Source: Halothece sp.
Lineage (GTDB): Bacteria; Cyanobacteriota; Cyanobacteriia; Cyanobacteriales; Rubidibacteraceae
Reading direction: 5' to 3'
Assembly: GCA_042218725.1 (NCBI GenBank)
Contig: JBDGQV010000061.1
Coordinates: 1,602-65,601 of the forward strand
Length of the DNA: 64,000 nt
A model generated the notes under the pieces. That model ran no database searches, was not told the DNA's origin, and worked only from the letters and a program-made list of their open reading frames with translations. Both the position numbers and the translations under genes were made by a program. Shown here piece after piece: positions 39,291 through 47,260 of the stretch (positions are counted from its first letter, which is position 1; every line of letters starts with the position of its first letter).

Positions 39291-39470
39291 TAGGAAGAGG
39301 ATATAAGTAAGGCTCGGAGCGAAGGTGAGGACGTAATTCTGGGGTCTCCCCAGAATGTAAGACGCACTCAAGAAAGGCTCATTGAGGGTAAAGATATTGG
39401 GGATGGAGATGTTTCTTCATCTAGAATCTCCCTATGAGAATCCTCTTCCTTCAAGGAAGAGGAGCTTCAA
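39291..39470 (+). mobile_element. Non-autonomous IS200/IS605-family derivative (intact right end, partial left end)
   Basis: GAAT (39438-41), then the hairpin TCCTCTTCCTT-C-AAGGAAGAGGA (39441-63), then GCTTCAA ending in TCAA (39470). The left boundary carries AGGAAGAGGA (39292-301), identical to the 3' arm of the right-end hairpin. There is an internal hairpin at 39336-39356. Confidence 0.7.
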
Positions 39471-39493
39471 TGATATAACTTTAGAATTTAACT

Positions 39494-40762
39494 ATGTCTT
39501 CTCATTTTTCTGCTAGTATTTTATTACAACAAGCTGCTTCTTTATTGCTATATCAGTCGGTGTTAGCTGATGAAGCGGGACAAGCTTTTCTCGATTTATT
39601 GCAAAAACTCAATGGACAAGAAAATTGCACCACTTGTTTAAGGGCTTACAGCAATTGGTTTAATGCCCTTGCCCATTGCAATCAAAGTTGGCAAGATTAC
39701 CTGGTTTCCAAAATTCTCTACGATGAAAATCCCTTTTCTCGACAAGTACAGTCTGTTTCCTTAGATTCTTTACCTTCTTCCCTAGTGAACGCAGCGAAAG
39801 CGGATCTCAGTGCGCTACAAACATTGTACAACTGCGACAGCGAAACCGTTAGTCATTGGATACAAACAGCTTGCCAGTTGCCTTATCCGCCTGTGGCTTG
39901 GAAAAACAGTCAGCAACGAGATAATTTCCTCCATAACAGTCAAGATTGGTCATCTGTGTTGCCCCAACTTGCCCAGCATTACCAAAACAATGGCTGTGGC
40001 ATCTTCGGACAATATGCAGCGTTTACTTGGCAAAATAAACAGTTAGTGGGAATTGCTCATCCGGATCCGACGCAAATTAGCGAAATTGTCGGCTATGACT
40101 GGCAAAAAGAAACGCTGATTCAAAATACGGAGTTTCTTTTAAATGGCTATGCTGCCCTGAATGTTTTATTGTATGGCAGTCGGGGGTCGGGTAAATCTTC
40201 TCTGGTGAAGGGATTGCTCAATCAATATGCCACCCAAGGATTAAGATTGGTGGAAGTTCCCAAGTCCCAATTGCAAGATTTGCCTTTAATTTTAGAACAA
40301 TTGCGGGAGGTTCCCCAGAAGTTTATTATTTTTGTTGATGATCTTTCCTTTGAGGAAGATGATGATGCGTTTAAAGCGTTGAAGGTCGTCTTAGAAGGAA
40401 GCGTGACAGCTAAGGCGAAAAATGTCGTAGTGTACGCCACCTCCAATCGTCGCCATTTAGTTCGGGAATTTTTTGAAGATCGCCCGCGTCCTCGGGATCA
40501 AGATGAAGTCCATGCTTGGGATACCATGCAAGAAAAGTTATCCTTCAGCGATCGCTTTGGGTTAACCCTAACCTTTGAACCGCCCAATCAAGATACTTAC
40601 TTAAATATTGTCCATCATCTTGCTCAAGTGGAACAAATTCCCCTTTCTACAGAAGAATTGGACTTTCGCGCTAAGCAATGGGCAACCCGTCATAATGGTC
40701 GCTCTGGACGCAGTGCTAGGCAGTTTATTGATTTTTTACAAGGGGAGTTGGGAATCAAGTGA
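39494..40762 (+). CDS. DUF815 family AAA+ ATPase
   Basis: NVLLYGSRGSGKSSLVK, FIIFVDDLSFEE, YATSNRRHL, EKLSFSDRFGL, GRSGRSARQF. Confidence 0.92.
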   Translation: MSSHFSASILLQQAASLLLYQSVLADEAGQAFLDLLQKLNGQENCTTCLRAYSNWFNALAHCNQSWQDYLVSKILYDENPFSRQVQSVSLDSLPSSLVNAAKADLSALQTLYNCDSETVSHWIQTACQLPYPPVAWKNSQQRDNFLHNSQDWSSVLPQLAQHYQNNGCGIFGQYAAFTWQNKQLVGIAHPDPTQISEIVGYDWQKETLIQNTEFLLNGYAALNVLLYGSRGSGKSSLVKGLLNQYATQGLRLVEVPKSQLQDLPLILEQLREVPQKFIIFVDDLSFEEDDDAFKALKVVLEGSVTAKAKNVVVYATSNRRHLVREFFEDRPRPRDQDEVHAWDTMQEKLSFSDRFGLTLTFEPPNQDTYLNIVHHLAQVEQIPLSTEELDFRAKQWATRHNGRSGRSARQFIDFLQGELGIK

Positions 40763-40864
40763 ATGTTGGTTTTAGTAATCACAGGGATTAGAATAATGAC
40801 CTGTCAAAGAATGTTTCAGGCTAGTCGTCACTCCAAACAAGACATAATTGATTGAGGTAGAAGC

Positions 40865-41221
40865 GTGAAAATTTTTAAGCTCGTTTTGGCAACATTCTTA
40901 TTATTGTCTTTGTCAAGTTGTCGCAGCCAAACGCAACTCTATCGCTTGAATGATGTTACGGAAAATCAACAAATTCTGCTGAGAAAAAAGTCCATTGCCA
41001 AACCCAGTTACGGATTATTGATTATGGCGCAAGGATACTTGGAGGGACAAGCTAGAATTGCCTTATTGCGAAATGGAAATGTTTATCAAACGGAAGTTAT
41101 TTCTGGCAATGTCAAATTTCAATGGCGAGAGAAGTGGCAGGATCATCGAGCGATTATTCGTTACCAACCAAGTTCTGTAACCGATGGAAACTTAAGAGTA
41201 AGTGTGACGTTTCTCGATTAG
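40865..41221 (+). CDS. Hypothetical lipoprotein
   Basis: Signal peptide with lipobox LSSC; GTG start; RBS GAGG. Confidence 0.7.
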   Translation: MKIFKLVLATFLLLSLSSCRSQTQLYRLNDVTENQQILLRKKSIAKPSYGLLIMAQGYLEGQARIALLRNGNVYQTEVISGNVKFQWREKWQDHRAIIRYQPSSVTDGNLRVSVTFLD

Positions 41222-41311
41222 CTAGCATGGGTTAAGCATGGGAATGGATTTAAACTCATTGCGCGATCGCGTTAGTTGATGGATTTCATCAGTTTATACA
41301 ATTTAACTTTA

Positions 41312-41839
41312 CTAGGGGTTAATCAGAATTTTAATTAGCCAATTCACTAACCACATTAATAGCAAATAAATAATCATTGCAAATATAATGTTGATATCGA
41401 AAACATTGGCACCATTATTGAAACTCATTGTGTCAAATAAATTAGAAAAGGGAATAGCAAACGGTTTTGATAGTCCATAAATAAAACTGGAAAAGATATT
41501 CTCGCGATTAGCACCAGTTACCATTAGTAAAAATCGTAACCCTAATAAAATCTCTAAAGCCGTCACTAAATAAGAGACACCCTGAGTTGCTTTTCGAGAA
41601 ATTACGAATTTCCGCGCTTTGGCAGCCTTTCTTTCTTCACGCAGCAACCGTTCTGCCTCTTCTTCTTCTTCCGGAGTAGGTGCTAAATAACGACGATCGC
41701 GACGATGCTCATAAGGAGGATTATCAGAAGGTTGGTAAATTTCATTAGTCTCTTCTTGACTTTCCGAATTATAGACAGGATCTGGTTTATTCAGATAATG
41801 TTGTTCTTTGTCCTCTTGGGGATCATTGGAATAAGTCAT
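41312..41839 (-). CDS. YggT family membrane protein with acidic N-terminal extension
   Basis: LEILLGLRFLL...GA...N.FSSFIYGLSKPF..PF.NLF. Confidence 0.8.
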   Translation of the reverse strand: MTYSNDPQEDKEQHYLNKPDPVYNSESQEETNEIYQPSDNPPYEHRRDRRYLAPTPEEEEEAERLLREERKAAKARKFVISRKATQGVSYLVTALEILLGLRFLLMVTGANRENIFSSFIYGLSKPFAIPFSNLFDTMSFNNGANVFDINIIFAMIIYLLLMWLVNWLIKILINP

Positions 41840-42100
41840 AACGATAGATAGATGATGGATTTTTGATGTTTATTCTCGGTAAAAATCAAATTGTATTTTC
41901 TGTGTTAAATTCTGATTAGAATCCAAGTTGAATTAGAAAAAGCAAATATCCTAAGAAATGATGAAATTCCAATCAGATCGTATTCATTGAATCATCATCC
42001 CCTAGTGTGAAACCCAAACTAATTGCATAAATCTTCCTTTGTCATTGATAATAGCAGATAGGATAGTTAAGAAGTAACAAATCGCACCATAATTTAAACA

Positions 42101-43843
42101 ATGTCAATTCTGAGACTAGAGAGAATTAGTAAAACCTATCCCACTGGAGAAGTCCTGAAGGACGTTAACTGGGAAGTTAAAGCAGGAGAACGCATTGGAC
42201 TTGTGGGGGTTAATGGGGCAGGAAAAACCACCCAACTCAAAATTCTGATGGGTGAGACAGAACCCAGTACCGGTGAAGTTATTTGCGCTTCTGATTTAAA
42301 GATCACTTGTTTGAGTCAAGAGTTTGACGTTGATCCAAATCTAACGGTTCGGCAAGAAATGTGGCGCGTCTTCGAAAAAGCCAATCAGGTGCAACAGAAC
42401 CTAGAAAAAATCCAAAAACAAATGGAAACGGCAGAACCGGAAGAACTGGATCAATTAATTCGTAAACTAGATCGCTATCAACAAGAATTTGAAGCGCAAG
42501 ATGGTTATCAACTGGATACCAAAATTAGTCGTTTATTGCCGGAATTAGGATTTTTACCGGAAGACGCCGATCGCGCCGTTGCGAATTATAGTGGCGGTTG
42601 GCAAATGCGGATCTGCTTGGGAAAAGTCATGTTGCAAGATCCAGATGTTCTATTATTGGACGAGCCGACAAACCATCTGGATTTAGAAACCATCGAATGG
42701 TTGGAAAACTATCTCAAAAATCTGAATACCCCGATGGTAATTGTCTCTCACGATCGCGAATTTTTAGACCGCTTATGTACCCAGATCGTCGAAACTGAGC
42801 ATGGGGTTTCTACAACGTATCTAGGAAATTACTCCAGTTACTTGGAACAAAAAGAAATTAATCGGCAGGCCCAACAAAGTGCTTACGAACGTCAACAGAA
42901 AGAAATTGCCAAGCAACAAGAATTTATTGAAAAATTCCGAGCAAGTGCTACGCGTGGCACCCAAGCAAAAAGTCGGGAAAAACAACTGGAGAAAATGGAA
43001 GAAGTGGAAGCTCCCGATGCGAAAGTAAAAACCCTTAAATTCCGATTTCCCACGGCCCCTCGTAGTGGCAAAGAAGTAGTAAACATCGAAGACTTGACCC
43101 ATACCTTTGATGACAAGGTATTGTTTTTGGGTGCCAACTTATTAGTGGAACGAGGCGATCGCGTGGCATTTTTAGGCCCTAATGGTTCTGGCAAATCAAC
43201 AATTCTGCGATTAATTATGGGTCTCGAAACTCCCACCGAAGGAACTGTAAAACTCGGCGATCATAATGTTATTCCTGGCTATTTTGAACAAAATCAAGCC
43301 GAAGCCTTAGACTTTTCCTTAACCGTAGAAGAGACCATTCAAAAAGCGGTGCCTGATTGGAAATATGAAGATATTCGCGCCTTACTCGGCAAGTTCCTCT
43401 TTAGTGGGGAAACTGTGAAGAAAAAAGTTGCCACCCTCAGCGGTGGGGAAAAAGCGAGACTGGCACTTGCGAAAATGCTTCTGCAACCCGTGAATTTATT
43501 AATTCTGGATGAGCCGACCAATCATTTAGATATTCCGGCTAAAGAAACCATTGAATCAGCCCTGCAAAACTATGATGGTTCCGCTTTAATTGTGTCTCAC
43601 GACCGCTATTTTATTTCGCAAGTAGCAACAAAAATTGTGGAAATTCGTGACGGGGAATTAGTAGTTTATGATGGCGACTATCACTATTATCAACAAAAGA
43701 AAGAAGAAGAAGCCCAAGCTGCTCGAATAGCTAAAGAACAAGCCAAAGCAGAAGCCAAACGCCAAGCCAAAAAGGAGAAACAAAAACAAAAAGAAAAAGA
43801 ACGCAAAGCGAAGAAAAAGAATAAGTCAAAATCGCATTCATAA
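42101..43843 (+). CDS. ABC-F family ATP-binding protein
   Basis: Two NBDs (GVNGAGKTT / YSGGWQMR / LLLDEPTNHLD; GPNGSGKST / LSGGEKAR / ILDEPTNHLD), no TM segments, Lys-rich tail. Confidence 0.95.
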   Translation: MSILRLERISKTYPTGEVLKDVNWEVKAGERIGLVGVNGAGKTTQLKILMGETEPSTGEVICASDLKITCLSQEFDVDPNLTVRQEMWRVFEKANQVQQNLEKIQKQMETAEPEELDQLIRKLDRYQQEFEAQDGYQLDTKISRLLPELGFLPEDADRAVANYSGGWQMRICLGKVMLQDPDVLLLDEPTNHLDLETIEWLENYLKNLNTPMVIVSHDREFLDRLCTQIVETEHGVSTTYLGNYSSYLEQKEINRQAQQSAYERQQKEIAKQQEFIEKFRASATRGTQAKSREKQLEKMEEVEAPDAKVKTLKFRFPTAPRSGKEVVNIEDLTHTFDDKVLFLGANLLVERGDRVAFLGPNGSGKSTILRLIMGLETPTEGTVKLGDHNVIPGYFEQNQAEALDFSLTVEETIQKAVPDWKYEDIRALLGKFLFSGETVKKKVATLSGGEKARLALAKMLLQPVNLLILDEPTNHLDIPAKETIESALQNYDGSALIVSHDRYFISQVATKIVEIRDGELVVYDGDYHYYQQKKEEEAQAARIAKEQAKAEAKRQAKKEKQKQKEKERKAKKKNKSKSHS

Positions 43844-44114
43844 TTCTTAATGTTTGACGAATTGCCGAGGTTTCAGGGAGAAGGGTTGTGCTGCTAACTT
43901 TTTTGTGATAAGCTGTTTTCTAGACAATGGGAAATAGTGCCAATTTTCAGTAAAGAGTCCTTGAAAGCCAGGAAAACTGGGGAAAATCCTCCCTCAGCCT
44001 ATCCCCCCTCCCCCCATTGACAAAGGTGAGGCAACGCATGAATTTCTGTTAAGAAAATAGTCCTTTTGAGATCACAAATTTTGACAAAAATTGGAAAATA
44101 TGGTAAGCAAAAAA

Positions 44115-45731
44115 TTACCATTTTTCTAAATTTCGTTGTGGCGGCGTTTGCCAGTCATCGCCCTGCTGGTTATAGTCATACGCTTCTTCTGTTTCCTCCT
44201 CACTGTATTCTTCCTCTTCATTCATTAACGGTTCCACGACTTTCTCAATGGCCTCCCCAATAAAGGATTTCACAAATTCATCGCGACGGTTTAACTGGAA
44301 CTGACGTTTTACCACTTCCGTCATGCCGCCATCTCCCCAATCTTGGTCTTGCCGGAAATACTCAATGAAACTTTTGCCAGCAATGCGGGTTAAATAGGCA
44401 GCACTCACCCCTTGAACCGCTTTGCCTACTACATACGTGGCAACCGTAAACTGTAATGCCGTGGAAACAATTTCCACCACCCCTTTCACGACGCCTAAAC
44501 TAACCAATGTTCTGCCCACGGACAAGGCTAACTCCCGTCCCCGATCAAAATTAATTTCGCACCCATAGACTCTGCCAATTTCCACCACCATTTGGGTATT
44601 GACAGCAGCAGTTCCCAACATATCCACCACGGGTAGCGGTGTTACCGCAATGACGCCAGCCCCAACCCATTGATACCGTTCAATAATTTTATCCGCTTGA
44701 CGACGACGTTGTTGGTCAATGAGACGACGGGCTTCTTCTCCCAGGCGTTGGGATTGCAGTAAGATATTATCGGCAATTAAGTCTGCTCCTTCGGCACGCA
44801 ATACCGCAGCCAACCGTTTAATTAAGGGCATAATATCCGGTTCCGGTTGCACCGTATCCCCATTGTCGGTATGAAAGGGAGCGGGATTGGCAGCGACGGC
44901 AATGACATCATGCGCTGCAATATAATTTTGGGTGCGCGATCGCAGTTGTTCTAGAATCGTCGCTTGATCGTCTTCTGTGTAGAGATCGGTTTTATTAAAC
45001 ACCAACAGCGATCGTTTGCCAATTTCAGCAAGCACCGATAACGGTTCATACTCGGACTGGCGTAAATCGTTATCAACCAGAAACAGTAACAAATCCGCTT
45101 CGGTGGCTAACTCCCGCGCTAACTTTTCCCGTTCCGTTCCCAGGACACCTGCTTCTAAAATGCCTGGCGTATCGGTAACCAAAATTTGCTGTTCTAACCC
45201 CGGCAGTTGCAAGCGATAGGTTTCTCCTGCCTGGGTTGTGCCCATGGGGGCGCTTACTTCTCCAACAACCCGTCCCATTAAGGCATTAACCAGCGAGGTT
45301 TTGCCAGCGGAAACAGTACCAAAAATAACAACCTGAAATGCTTCCCGATTAAAGTTCGCTTCCAGGGCCTGGGATTTTTCTAATAGTGCCTGTTGGGCGA
45401 CTTCATCTTGAATTTGCTCTACTTGTTGCCGTACAGCTTTTAAATTCGCTTGCGCCGCTTCATTTTTTTCTTCTGGGGCTCGGACATTGGGATAAGATTT
45501 TTTCTTTTTTTTCTTCCCTTTAGACTTGAATCCTCCCTGAAAATAGTAAATAACAAAACCAATGATCAGGACAATTAGCCCCATCAACAACAAGAGCAAT
45601 AAATTGGCTAAAATCGGAGCAGTAAAGGCAATCTGGATATAAAGTTGATAAATGGCACTCACTAACCAAATCATCAGTGCCAATACCACACTGATGGTTA
45701 AAACTAAGAGTAGCAAACGCGGTGAGGGCAT
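44115..45731 (-). CDS. YcjF/DUF697-containing GTP-binding protein with N-terminal TMs
   Basis: GTVSAGKTS, DTPG, NKTD G-motifs, and VTPLPVVD DUF697 region. Confidence 0.85.
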   Translation of the reverse strand: MPSPRLLLLVLTISVVLALMIWLVSAIYQLYIQIAFTAPILANLLLLLLMGLIVLIIGFVIYYFQGGFKSKGKKKKKKSYPNVRAPEEKNEAAQANLKAVRQQVEQIQDEVAQQALLEKSQALEANFNREAFQVVIFGTVSAGKTSLVNALMGRVVGEVSAPMGTTQAGETYRLQLPGLEQQILVTDTPGILEAGVLGTEREKLARELATEADLLLFLVDNDLRQSEYEPLSVLAEIGKRSLLVFNKTDLYTEDDQATILEQLRSRTQNYIAAHDVIAVAANPAPFHTDNGDTVQPEPDIMPLIKRLAAVLRAEGADLIADNILLQSQRLGEEARRLIDQQRRRQADKIIERYQWVGAGVIAVTPLPVVDMLGTAAVNTQMVVEIGRVYGCEINFDRGRELALSVGRTLVSLGVVKGVVEIVSTALQFTVATYVVGKAVQGVSAAYLTRIAGKSFIEYFRQDQDWGDGGMTEVVKRQFQLNRRDEFVKSFIGEAIEKVVEPLMNEEEEYSEEETEEAYDYNQQGDDWQTPPQRNLEKW

Positions 45732-45936
45732 AAAGTTTGGGAATTAAGAATGGGCGATTGGTTTGATCATGGCGCTAAAACGTGAGTTAACGTTTTATAT
45801 TGAAGTGGTTTCAGGCAGAATTGATGTCATTAATGCCATCAAAGCTATCAACCCTACCGTATTTTTATTGTATGGGGTTTGGCTATGTTCTTATCAACCA
45901 ACCTGACTAGCAACAATCTTTTGTTAAGATTAGGAA

Positions 45937-46551
45937 CTATAAGATAGGGTCCATGCGCTGAAAATCGCGATCGACTTCATACCAGAGAGAGCGATTTTGC
46001 GGATCAGTACTTAAGGCTTTTTTGAGAAATGTGGTTGCGAGATCAAAGTTCCCTTCATTAACTAATTGCCGCCCCCGTTGTTGATAGGTAATGGCTTGCC
46101 ATTGCCGGACTTCCGAATCATTGGGAAAGCGTTTCGCCAGACTTTCGACTAAGGTTGTAGCGCGAGCAAATTGTCGTTGTTGCAATAAATCTTGCAATTG
46201 ATAATAGGCATCCCACTTGACTTGTCTATCTAACTCTGGAGAAGCAGAAGACTGAGGAGAAGTTCCCTGTTGCTTACCTTGGGTTTCGGTTTTTGGCGTT
46301 TTTTGTGAAGCCGATGGTTGTGACGTCGAAGTAGAATTAGACTGAGTCGATGTTTTTTGTTTGGAAACGCGTTCTAACAGATACTTATACGCCTCTGTTA
46401 CCTCAATAAATTTCGTGTGGGCTTGTTCTCGGTTATTGGGGTTGACATCAGGATGATACCGTCTGGCTAGGCGACGATAAGACGTTTTAATCTCATCAAT
46501 TCCAGCATCAGGGGTTAATTCTAATAATCGATAACATTCAGCCAGTTCCAT
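45937..46551 (-). CDS. J-domain protein with C-terminal TPR
   Basis: YRRLARRYHPDVNP (HPD motif), KFIEVTEAY, TPR-like WQAITYQQRGR...ALSTDPQN. Confidence 0.9.
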   Translation of the reverse strand: MELAECYRLLELTPDAGIDEIKTSYRRLARRYHPDVNPNNREQAHTKFIEVTEAYKYLLERVSKQKTSTQSNSTSTSQPSASQKTPKTETQGKQQGTSPQSSASPELDRQVKWDAYYQLQDLLQQRQFARATTLVESLAKRFPNDSEVRQWQAITYQQRGRQLVNEGNFDLATTFLKKALSTDPQNRSLWYEVDRDFQRMDPIL

Positions 46552-46754
46552 TGATCACTTCCGGGAAAAAACGTACTCCTCAATTGCTTACTATAGCTAG
46601 AAACGCCACGAAACTCAACTGAGGCTCATGCAACAAAATGATTGGCTTTCGGTAATTCCTCTGAAAGTCCGTAGAAAACTTATGAATTACTCTCGCAGAA
46701 AAGGTTTGATAATATTGAATTGTTCCATGTTCAGTGTAGAAGGAGGGAAAAATC

Positions 46755-46895
46755 ATGTCGGATCTCAATCGAGGCATTATGAAGTTTAATGGGGCAGATA
46801 AGCCTGTTGTCATTGCCGTTTCTTCTGTCATTGTTCTCGGCGCGATCGCGGCTTTAATTGTTTGGGCGTTACAAGTGGCTTATGCCGTGGAATAA
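46755..46895 (+). CDS. ndhQ: NDH-1 complex small subunit NdhQ (46 aa; absent from the ORF track)
   Basis: MSDLNRGIMKFNGADKPVVIAVSSVIVLGAIAALIVWALQVAYAVE carries the NRGIMKF.GAD signature plus one TM; RBS AGGAGG at 46741-46. Confidence 0.88.
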   Translation: MSDLNRGIMKFNGADKPVVIAVSSVIVLGAIAALIVWALQVAYAVE

Positions 46896-47029
46896 AATAA
46901 TTTAATTGCTATCCGAATCGTTTCTACTATGAACATTGAGTAGAACAACCAGTTTCGAAATTTCGGCCCCAACAACCTCCAGCGCCATATCATTGCCTCT
47001 ATGAATGTTTAGTTTTCTATTTTTTAATC

Positions 47030-47056
47030 CTCTGTGTTCTTTGTGTCTTTGTGGTT
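47030..47056 (-). repeat. 27-bp CACAGAG-family repeat, solo copy C
   Basis: The minus strand reads AACCACAAAGACACAAAGAACACAGAG, identical to copy D. Confidence 0.9.
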
Positions 47057-47198
47057 AGTTTCTTACCTTAAAATTTAAATGGAATTACTATTAAAATATT
47101 TCACTGAGGGAGAGGTTCTTTCATCAAAATCAATTGAAAACCAAACAACGACATATCAAGTATTCTAACCCGAATTTGATGCTCACTAATGAGTCATT

Positions 47199-47229
47199 AA
47201 AAAACGCACCTGATATTCAACCAGGTGCG
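47199..47229 (-). terminator. Intrinsic terminator of glsF
   Basis: CGCACCTG/CAGGTGCG stem followed by T6 on the minus strand. Confidence 0.75.
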
Positions 47230-47260
47230 CTGTTTTGTTTAAACCGAAACGAGATTGAGA

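Noticed and set aside
39153-39371. 72-aa minus-strand ORF as a real gene
   Set aside because: It is a chimeric read-through of the IS-like element's reverse strand into the oxidoreductase pseudogene fragment.
45732-45936. Possible short plus-strand ORF (MALKRELTFY...) in the spacer between the J-domain and YcjF-like genes
   Set aside because: It runs antisense into the J-domain gene's 3' end, has no RBS and has no recognisable homology.
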